Shown here piece after piece: positions 26,601 to 36,064 of a stretch of 64,000 bases of DNA; position 1 is the stretch's first letter, and every line of letters starts with the position of its first letter. The notes beneath the pieces were generated by a model. That model was not told the DNA's origin. It did no database searches and worked only from the letters and a program-made list of their open reading frames with translations. The DNA lies in NCBI GenBank assembly GCA_030390025.1, contig CM059432.1, positions 87,236,001-87,300,000 of the forward strand. The letters are read 5' to 3'. The stretch is from Squalus acanthias (Eukaryota). A program made the translations under genes and the position numbers.

Positions 26601-27449
26601 TAGCCGCAGCCAGCGCCGGTCCTCGTTCGCCCTTTTGGATGTCGAGGGAGGAGGCCGGGATAATGCTGTGCTGAGCTCCAGTGTCGCACAGGAACCGGCG
26701 GCCGGTTTTGTCATCCGTGACGTACAGCAGGGAGCCCGCGTGGCCCACGGCCATCGCGGAGGCTGGTACGGGGGCGGACTTGAAAGAGCAGGGAGGTGTG
26801 CATCGTTGTGCCCTGGCGCCGAACCGTGCGTGGTAGTAACAGTGGCCCGGGTTAGTGGGGCGCGAAGGCCCCGTGGGCCTGGTGGCAGGTCCTTGTGGCC
26901 GCGTGGTGGCTGGTGAGGGGCGCGCCCAGGCATTGGCTGCCAGGTCCGGAGTGACGTCGCGGCTGGAGTGAGCGGACAGCAGCTTGTCGGCCTCATCGGC
27001 CAGGGCTTCCAGGTTCGTGAGGCCGGACGCCACGATCGCTGGGCGGATGCTGAGAGGGAGCTGGCGGATGAACAGCATGCGGAAGAGGGATCCGGGTGGG
27101 TTCTCGTCGGTGAGGGAGAGCATGTGGGAGAGGAGGTCTGACGGTGAGGCATCACCGAGGCCTGGAAGGTCGAGGAGGTGGCAGTTTCGCTGGTATGCCG
27201 AGGCTGTAAAATTTTTAAGGAGTGCTGCCTTAAGATGTGCATACTTGCCTTCCTCTGGTGGGTTCTGCAGCGCTGTCCAAACCTTCGAAACTGTGGCGCT
27301 ACCGAGTGATGTGACGAGGTAGTCGTACTGCGTCCCATCTGTGGTGATGTTTCGCAGCCGAAGCGGGATTCAGCTTGGAGATACCAGGCTTCGGGCTGGT
27401 TTTCCCAAAACTCCGGCAGTTTCACGGAAACTGCGTTCGTGTCCGCCAT
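23656..27449 (-). pseudogene. Gypsy gag-pol, broken by at least 5 frameshifts
   Basis: Gag MADTNAVSVKLPEFW and CYYHARFGARAQRCTPPC; protease FLCDTGAQHS; RT SPWASP, DYRRLN, YLDDILVAS; RNase H TTDASD...YSTFDRELLA; integrase HNLSHPG..CLAC, HVDIVGP, DRGPQF, GQCERFH and the GPY motif PPYDGPYKV. These are spread over six ORF-track segments. Confidence 0.93.
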
Positions 27450-27474
27450 TGCAGTGCTCGGAATACGTTCTGAG

Positions 27475-27488
27475 CGTCGGGGTCACCA
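27475..27488 (-). promoter_or_regulatory. Primer-binding site complementary to the tRNA-Trp 3' end
   Basis: Minus strand TGGTGACCCCGACG, one base inside the 5' LTR, equals the first 14 nt of the tRNA-Trp PBS (TGGTGACCCCGACGTGAT). Confidence 0.85.
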
Positions 27489-27489
27489 A

Positions 27490-27721
27490 TGTTGAGGCTG
27501 CCGCGAAACACGAATTAAGACTGAATCCATGTGTGGAAAACAAAGGCTTTTTAATACAACTGCATGGTCCAAAATGGCTGAAACTAACTGCTCCCAGAAT
27601 TCTCTGGAAAAATCCTGAGGCCCCGCCCACTCCTTTTCTCCTGCCTTAAAGGCAAGGTGCTCGATATTTTGTCCACGGACGGAAAAGTGGATAATGCCCG
27701 TTTAGGTGGCGATCCGCCACA
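27490..27721 (-). repeat. 5' LTR of the Gypsy element
   Basis: Direct repeat of 23404-23635 with 4 substitutions in 232 bp. Confidence 0.95.
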
Positions 27722-29299
27722 CTGGACTGGTAATCCAGAGCCTGGACTAATGATCCAGACACGAGTTCAAATCCCACCATAGCAGCTGGGGAATTTTAAA
27801 TAAACCTGGAATAAAAAGCTAGTAATAGTGAACATGTAACTACCAAATTGTCATAAAAACCCATCTGGTTCACTAATGCCCTTCAGGGAAGAAAATCTAC
27901 TGTCCTTACCCGGTCTGGCCTATATGTGACTACAGTAATGTGGTTGACTCTTAACTGCCCTCTGAAATAGCCTAGCAAGCAACTCAAGTTGTCAAGAAGG
28001 TGGCTTCTCTCTTCAAGAAGGTGGCTCACCACCACCTTCTCGAGGGTAGTTAGGGATGGGCAATAAATGCTGGCCTTGCCAGTGACGCCCACATCCCAGG
28101 AATGAATTAAAAAAACGTGTGTGGCTAGGTGACCTGGGCTCTCAGACATGATAATTCAATTGGAGACCTAACATCCCTGGCTGCAGCGTTCAAAGCTTTA
28201 GTCTACGGGTCCTGCAGCTGGATCATTAGTCCAGGCTCTGGACAAATATCTACAGTAGAGGCAGCATCCATAGTACAGATAAAATATAAATCTAACACAC
28301 AATGTTAGCACTGGTTCTTTTTCAGGACTAGATCCTAATATTGTGATTTTACTATGTTGTTGGGGAGGTGGAGTTTCAAACAATGTGAATATTGAATTCC
28401 AATATTGAAGACTCCTGGCGACAGACATCTCGACTCTCAGCTTGCTCCTGGCTCTGTAAATCTTTGAATTTCCTGCTTCTTGGCTTCAAAGGTTAATATT
28501 TGTGGATCAGTTCTAGATCTCCAACATCAAATATACATGAGGAAGATCCTTATCAGAGGAATTGGTAGCGGCCCCAACAGCAGCTTCTGCCAAAAAGAGT
28601 TTTACTATTCTGCTCCGTTTCATGTGGTTTTTTCATCTTTTCTTCTTGTCCAGTTACTCCCATGGCTTGATGGGCGAACGTAATCTTCGTAGCGGCTTCC
28701 TGACAGTGTTGAATCATTTCTGACCTTCTGTCAGGTTCTTTTGTTCATGGAGTTTGCGTTCAACTGCCAGGCATCCCTCCTGGTATGTAGATTAGGGAAG
28801 AAGGGGAATTTGAGGCCAGTTCCCAATATTGGAGATTTCCCAGCCACATCGTCCTCCACTCTCAGAGCCATCTCCAGCTCTGGAAAGTTCAAGTTCCTGC
28901 TTCTTGGTTCCAAGGTCAATATCAGGGGATCAGCTTTGCTGGTGTAATTCTTATGGAGTCAAAACCCTCATTTCCTTCTTGCTCAGCTATTAAACTGCAA
29001 TTATTGCAGCGGTGTGATTGGGGCTCTTAACTCAGGAGCAGTGGTTCAGTTAAGACGCTGTAGCTTGGAATATGCAGCATTTGTGGCTGGGCAGTAATCG
29101 GGTGCGTTTTCTGCCCAAAAGAAACCCCGTCTAAAGGACTGTCTAAAAATAGGCCCTAAATTTAATGATGGGTTGAGAGGTACAAAAGCAGATTTAATTT
29201 ATAACTGTGAAGGTGTTGACTGACTTGCTGTGTATATGCAGCATTTAGTTATTTTTCTTTTTATTTGCACAGCAGATTTGAAGTGATACTTAATGGTTG

Positions 29300-29500
29300 C
29301 CTAGCTCTGGAATTCCCTCCCTTAACCTCTCCACCTCTCTCTCCTCCTTTAAGACGCTCCTTAAAACCTATTTCTTATCTGCCCGAATATTTGCTTATGT
29401 GGCGCGTGTCAAATTTTGTTTGATAACGCTCCTGTGAAGCACCTTGGGAGGTTTTACTACGTTAAAGGTGCTATATAAATTCAAATTGTTGTTGTTGCCT
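29300..29500 (+). mobile_element. L2-type LINE/SINE 3' end
   Basis: ctctggaattccctccc...tttaagacgctccttaaaacct...aaaggtgctatataaat...gttgttgttg terminal repeat. Confidence 0.55.
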
Positions 29501-29809
29501 TGTAGCTGTTAAACCTGGATACCACTACCAGACTCTGGGATGTGGCTTCTTTTTGAAGCACTCCTATGAGGCCAGGGTGACACTGCAATTTATTTGAATG
29601 GTTATGAGAAAACAGTGGGAAAATACCACTCCCAAAAATGCAGTATAATGGAGAGGCGGCTTTCAAACTCAGAACCATAAAAATATAAATGGATTCTGTA
29701 TTCCTGTACAAAGCTATTCAATTTACATTAATAACATGGCAGCCATCTCGTTGAAAATACAGTATTTATTTAGCAACTGTTTTAAACCGATTTCCTCCTT
29801 AATTATAAT

Positions 29810-30537
29810 GGCCCTGAAATTGTGGTGTCTGTGATGGGTCAGAGTACACCATCGTAATCCATTTGAAAGGCCCCGCAACCTCCGGGTTTCCACATGCACG
29901 AATTCCAGAACTTGCGATCTGTCAAGGTTCACCTTGACAGATCATCTGAACCACATGGAAACTCAGTATTGCTGGCGTAGAGTTCGGCTATTTGCCCAAC
30001 AACTGCCCAGCAATTGCCCACGAAACTCTTGTGGCTGGTAAAAGCAGGCGTAGGGCCTGCTTTCATCAGCGCAAGGGTATATAGAAGACTTCAATTAAAC
30101 ATTTAAAAATCAAAAATTATGTACATATACTTTAAATGAGTTTATGCAAATATTGGCCCAGATTAAGATGTTTAAAATTATTTATCAAAAAACTAAATTT
30201 TTATTGAGGTTGGTGCAATGAAGGGACTTATGAATAAAATTGCAATTCAGTACATTGTATAATTATTTGGGATTCCATTGCATATCATTAGGGGATTCCC
30301 TTCATAAATGATTGCAATGGAATCCTCCTTTCTCATTGGAGGACCTGGCCCATGTGATCTCAGGGGCGCTTCCAAACCGCTTACGTCCCTGGGATCCATG
30401 GGCCTTTACGCTGCCGTCCGCCTGGAGGCCCGAGACTGGAACTCTATGTAGCCTGGGCGCCAGGAGGTGGGTTTGAAAAGGTTTCGCGGGCCGGAGGTGT
30501 ACTCTGGAGGTACGCCTCCGACCGCAATTTCTAGACA
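29810..30537. mobile_element. Harbinger-type MITE
   Basis: Ends ggccctgaaattgtgg / ccgcaatttctagaca, flanked by AAT on both sides. Confidence 0.6.
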
Positions 30538-31076
30538 AATATCTCTAGTTGGCTTGAACACATTGAAGGAATTTGAGCTTTGGTTGCAGAATTCATTTAC
30601 AGATTCGAAGATCAGATTTCAGGTTCAGATTCTCTAGCAGTAAAAAAATAACATTTTCCAAGCAAGGACCTCAGCCATTAATTGTCACAACACTCATTCC
30701 ATTAACATGAAATATGCAGCAGTGGCATCCAGCGTTTCAACTGATCTATACTCGGAACACTTGGAACAAATTTGAGTCAAGTTGGATTGAAAACTACTTT
30801 GGAGCTTATTACTGTCAGTGGTTGCACCATCAATCCCAGTTTAATGTGGCATGAAAATGGTGCATGAGATTAGAGTTTGTCCATTCTAATATGCGGCCCA
30901 CTGAGATCAAATACTAAGAGAAACCAAGATGATAAAGCCTAATTATTATGCTTAAATGTATTATAGATACATGATATATTTACACCTTTACAAAACAAAT
31001 TAAATGTTGAATTTAATCATCTTTCCCCCCCCCCCCCCCCCCCCATGTATCTTGAAAATGATATTGTATTACAAGT

Positions 31077-31687
31077 AGGGACAATTTTCACAGCCTCCAC
31101 CAGGCAGGAATGAAGCCAAATATGGCGCGGTTGAATTTACCACTCCATTCCGGCTCCGGATCCACCCACCAGCATTTTCATTGGAGCCTTCGTATGGGTG
31201 GCTTTGACACAATTTTAAAGGTACAAATGGGTGGAGATTGGGCCACGCACCCTCCGCCCATTGGTACCGGATGTAGAGCCGCTTTTCCAGCAGTCCTTAA
31301 AGGGACTACTGCTGGCCACTCCAAAACCAGATGCTTTTTTTTGAAAACACTGATATTTGTGGAGCCTGGAGAAGCATGAATCCCTTACAAAAATCTTCCC
31401 ATCTGCTGGCAGTCCATCCGAGCCCCGGCCCCCACAATTGCCCGCCCCTCCCCCTTTAACAGCCAATGACCAACTCAGCCCTGTGGAGGAGCAGCCAGTT
31501 TTGCCCCCCACCCCACCGCCCCCCACACACCTGCCAATTGTCGAGCTGCCTGCGAGCGCTGGTTCAGCGCTTGTAGCTCGCCGATGAAATGCAAATGCCG
31601 CGCCATCAAACTGGCTCAGGCCTTTTGCTGAGGAGTCAGGCAGGCGATCACACCGCCTGCTGTCCGTCCAAAGTGAAAATTGGCCCC
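31077..31687. mobile_element. TIR element (MITE)
   Basis: Ends agggacaattttcac / gtgaaaattggcccc are inverted repeats. No clean TSD. Confidence 0.5.
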
Positions 31688-32486
31688 AACATATGCAGTG
31701 AATTAGTAACAGAATACATTATATCGTACTTGGGATATAGAATTGTTAGAAACTTGGTTCAAAATATGTGAACAGATTAGTCATCCACTTTCTTAATCAA
31801 GATCTTACCTTTACTATACTATTATTTTATAGAAAGTAAAAGATTTTGACAGGGTTTATTGTTTGACAATGATTACATACGAACATTTTTTTTTATTCCT
31901 TCATGGGATGTGGGCGTCACTGGCAAGGCCAGCATTTATTGCCCATCCCTAATTGCCCTCGAGAAGGTGGTGGTGAGCCGCCTTCTTGAACCGCTGCAGT
32001 CCGTGTGGTGAAGGTACTCCACAGTGCTGTTAGGTAGGGAGTTCCAGGATTTTGATCCAGTGACGATGAAGGAACGATGATATACTTCTAAGTTAGGATG
32101 GTGTGTAACTTGGAGGTGGTTGTATTCCCATGCGCCTGCTGCCCTTGTCCTTCTAGGTTGAAGAGGTCGTGGGTTTGGGAGGTGCTGCCGAAGAAGCCTT
32201 GGTGAGTTGCTGCAGTGCATCTTGTAGATGGTACACACTGCAGCCACGGTACGCAGGTGGTGGAGGGAGTGAATGTTTAAGGTGGTGGATGGGGTGCCAA
32301 TCAAACGGGCTGCTTTGTCCTGGATGGTGTCGAGCTTCTTGAGTGTTGTTGGAGCTGCACTCATCCAGGCAAGTGGAGAGTATTCCATCACACTCCTTAC
32401 TTGTGCCTTGTAGATGGTGGAAAGGCTTTGGGGAGTCAGGAGGGGAGACACTCACCACAGAATACCCAGCCTCTGACCTGCTCTTG

Positions 32487-33066
32487 GTTTTTTTTCATTT
32501 TTTTTCTCTTCTCTTTTTTTTTTCTTTCTTTTTTATGAGTTTTTATATATAGCGGAGAGTGCAGGTGGGGAGATAAATAAAAAGAAAATACAAACCGGAG
32601 CGTCCCAGCGCCCTCCCGGCACCGAGCGGAGCGGATTGAGCGGCCGCAGCCCGTTTTTTTCTTTTTTTTTTTCTTCGCAGCCCGTTTTTTTTTTAATGGA
32701 GCAATGGGCAGCCTGAGAGTCCGTGGATCCGGGCCCCGAGCGGAGCTTCTTCTTTTCCGAGTCCGCGGATCCGGGCCCCGAGCGGAGCTTCTTCTTTTCC
32801 GAGTCCGCGGATCCGGGCCCCGAGCGGAGCTTCTTCTTTTCCGAGTCCGCGGATCCGGGCCCCGAGCGGAGCTTCTTCTTTTCCGAGTCCGCGGATCCGG
32901 GCCCCGAGCGGAGCTTCTTCTTTTCCAAGTCCGCGGATCCGGGCCCCGAGCGGAGCTTCTTGCTCTTTTGGCTGAACAAATGGGCTGTAAAGAAACTTTA
33001 AAAAAAACCTAAAAAATTTAATTTTTTAAAAACATATCAAATTAAATTCAAATTACATTGGCCAGG
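32487..33066. mobile_element. Unclassified 580-bp CpG-rich insertion with 12-bp TSD
   Basis: Flanked by gacctgctcttg (32475-32486) and gacctgttcttg (33067-33078). The uninterrupted LINE site is visible near 19086. The left end is T-rich, so A-rich on the minus strand. Confidence 0.75.
32717..32961. repeat. 42-bp tandem repeat, about 5.8 copies
   Basis: Unit gagtccgcggatccgggccccgagcggagcttcttcttttcc starts at 32717, 32759, 32801, 32843, 32885 and 32927. Confidence 0.95.
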
Positions 33067-36064
33067 GACCTGTTCTTGTTGCCACAGTATTTATGTGGCT
33101 GGTCCAGTTAAGTTTCTGGTCAATGGTGACCCCCAGGATGTTGATGGTGGGGGATTCGGCGATGGTAATGGCGTTGAATGTCATGGGGCGTTGGTTAGAC
33201 TCTCGCTTGTTGGAGATAGTCATTGCCTGGCACTTCTGTGGTGCGTATGTTACCTGCCACTTATCAGTCCAAGCCTGAACGTCGTCCAGATCTTGTTGCA
33301 TGCGGGCATGGACTGCTTCATTATCTGAGGAGTTGTGAATGGCGCTGAACACTATGCAGTCATCAGCGAACATCCCTATTTCTGACCTTATGTTGGAGGG
33401 AAGGTCATTGATGAAGCAGCTGAAGATGGTTGGGCCTAGGACACTCCTGCAGCAATGTCCTGGATCTGTGATGATTGACCTTCAACAACCACAACTATCT
33501 TCCTTTGTGCTAGGTATGACTCCAGCCAGTGGAGAGTTTTCCCCGATTCCCATTGACTTCAGTTTTACTAGGGCTCCTTGATGCCACACTCGGTCAAATG
33601 CTGCCTTGATGTCAAGGGCAGTCAGTCTCACCTCACCTCTGGAATTCAGCTCCTTTGTCCATGTTTGGACCAAGGCTGAAATGAGGTCGGGAGCCGAGTG
33701 AGTGGTCTTGGCAGAACCCAAACTGGGCATCAGTGAGCAGGTTTTTGGTGAGTAAGTGCTGTTTGATAGCACTGTCGATGACACCTTCCATCACTATGCT
33801 GATGATTGAGAGTAGACTGATGGGACGGTAATTGGCCGGGTTGGATTTTTCCTGCTTTTTGTGGACAGGACATACCTGGGCAGTTTTCCACATTGTCAGA
33901 TAGATGCCAGTGTTGTAGCTGTACTGGAACAGCTTGGCTAGAGGCGCGGCTAGTTCTGGAGCACAAGTCTTCAGCACGATAGCCGGGATGTTGTCGGGGC
34001 CCATAGCCTTTGCTGTATCCAGTGCACTCAGCCGAAACATACGAAAATGTCAGACAGGAAATGACCAGCTGGTCAATCTTGCCTGCCTCAAATAATCTCA
34101 ACACATGCCTTATGCATCACGATACAGACACTCCGTACCCACCCGGAGCCATGTAATCTCCTGGGAGAGGCAAAAAAAAAGATAAAAACCCAGGCCAATT
34201 GGGGGGGGGGGGGGGGGGGGGCGGGGGAGGAAATCTGGCAACTTCCTGTCCGACCTCTTTAGGCGATCGAAACTAGTTGAGGGGACCACACTGACCCGGA
34301 CATATATTACACGATACCTAACTCTTTGTACTGTGAACTCCCTAACCTATCCACTTGAAATAATTTGTGCACTTAATCTAGTCCCTTCACTATATTAGAA
34401 GCCTCAAATCAAATCACCTGAGTCTACACTTCTCTAATGTATACAGAACTAACTCTTTTAAGCCTAAAGTCATTATCAGTTCTGTACTGTTAAAGGGAAG
34501 TAATTATTCAGAGATCTGTATGGGTATCAATATTGCTCTTCATTAATAATGTAGGGCATGTTGAGACTGCTTCATCCATCCATTATCTGCCTAAAATGAT
34601 CATACTGGCAAATAATATTAGACTTCCAATTGACTTTTTTTTTTAAAAACACATAAAAATGTTATACCATACACTGGATGTGAAAATGTAAATGGAGAGG
34701 GGGAAATAGATTATAATAGAAGTACAATATTTATACCATGAGATAATTGAAAAAAAACTTAAAAGAGTACACGAAACACACAACCCTCATAGCATTGATT
34801 CTGAACTAAACAATCTTCGCGAAGAACATGCATCAATCCATTTTTAGTAAAACTGTTCAAAACAATCACAAAAACAAGTCAGGTTATTACAAGACTGGTG
34901 AGGATTTTAATGTTGGCCAAGGTTGAGACCAGAACATTAATAGAATCTCTCCTTATAGCTGATCATCTGATGTGGAAAATCAGTTTATAGATGATGAGAT
35001 AGAAGGAGCCATCTCTATGGCAACCATCTACAGTACAGAATACTTAAAAGGGGGAAAGGCAGATCACTTCCCAAATAGCTAATGGAAACATATTGCTCAG
35101 CAACCTCCATTATATGGTACAGAAAAGGGTCTTAAGCTTTTGTTTTTCTGGGCTGCATAGGTGCATACCATGGAGCCTTGAGGCTCGGGGGCCCCAAGGT
35201 AACAATTAAATCCACATTCCAATTAAATTTCACATATCTTAAGTAGCTGATACTAACGGAACTTGGTGTCCTGATTTAGAATTTATTGACCAGCATTAAG
35301 AAAAAGCTTTGGAGTGATTATTTTCACGCTGTTCCGAGTCCCTCTGCACATGCAACGTCGTTTGGAGCGCCTGAAGACCATTTGGGGAGCCTGAAGACTG
35401 TTTTGGTATCGCGCATGCTCACCCGGTGCTGCGGCCTCAACTGGCACGTTTCCTTGGCTTCCTGTGGAGAAGGTCAGGGGATCGGATGGGTGAGGGGGGG
35501 GGGGGGGGGGGGGGTGAAGGAGAGGGGATTGAAGGCGGGGTAGAGAGGAGCTCAGAGGGAGAGACGGTCAGGAGTTGGGGGGGCGGGGGGAAGGTCAGGT
35601 GCTTGGGGTGCAGCAAGATTTACCAAACATGTCTACACATATATGAATATTTAGTACATTTTGTGAATATATTTCACAATATTGCAAAAGATTGAAAAAC
35701 AAACAACAATCTAATGAGCTACAACAGGGTACACTTACATTACAACTGAGGCATCAGTGTGAAGCCGTTTCATTTCACAGTAACAACAGTTATGGTGCAA
35801 CTGCAGCCTGACTCTGGATTCATGACCTAAGCTGATACCAGAGAGAAGCAGAGTGATACTTTCTAGAGGAGGAAGCCCTGCTTTGCTTCGGATTCAATTC
35901 AGGCCGAACATCCAATTTACAATCTACAAGCTGCTTGGTACCAATGTTAAACTTGCACCTATAAAGAGTTTCCAAAAAAGGACATGAAAAACATGAATGT
36001 AGGAATGTGTAGGACCAGAATATTGTGGTCCATCTGCCTGGTTCCAGTGACTACAAAACATCAT

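Larger units (their letters stand above)
23404..27721 (-). mobile_element. Full-length Ty3/Gypsy LTR retrotransposon with frameshifted gag-pol
   Basis: Two 232-bp TG...CA LTRs with 4 mismatches, 4-bp TSD CTGG (23400-23403 and 27722-27725), PBS, PPT, and domain order gag-PR-RT-RH-IN. Confidence 0.97.
23376..28115 (+). mobile_element. tRNA-derived SINE (23376-23403 plus 27722-28115) split by the Gypsy insertion
   Basis: A-box-like taggatagtgg lies left of the LTR and B-box gttcaaatcc at 27764 lies right of it. The 3' tail tagggatgggcaataaatgctggccttgccagtgacgcccacatccc is shared with the CR1-group LINEs at 18481, 31886 and 58497. Confidence 0.75.
31886..34031 (-). mobile_element. CR1-group LINE ORF2 (RT) 3' portion, interrupted at 32487-33066
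   Basis: Peptides KAMGPDNIP...WKTAQVCPVHKK..KSNPANYRPISLLS, ALDIKAAFDRVWH, MFADD and YKAQVRSVMEYS, plus the same 3' tail as 18481. Confidence 0.9.

Noticed and set aside
23985..27322. Long plus-strand ORFs over the Gypsy element
   Set aside because: Antisense shadows of GC-rich coding sequence with no recognisable domains.
23404..27721. GC-rich block as bacterial contamination or an endogenous retrovirus
   Set aside because: It has LTRs and a TSD continuous with a host SINE, Gypsy-type pol motifs, and no env ORF or room for one.
29143..29152. Perfect MEF2 site CTAAAAATAG
   Set aside because: It overlaps an apparent MITE terminus (aaaataggccc), and a single 10-mer is insufficient evidence.
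32717..32961. Regular repeat array as a possible CRISPR or a cloning polylinker
   Set aside because: The units are head-to-tail with no unique spacers, there are no cas genes and the context is vertebrate. The SacII, BamHI and ApaI sites repeat with natural CpG decay inside a TSD-flanked insert, unlike vector sequence.
34201..35514. Poly-G runs (34201, 35494) and a poly-C run (31025) as G-quadruplex elements
   Set aside because: Simple homopolymers, mostly within or next to repeats, with lengths unreliable in assemblies.
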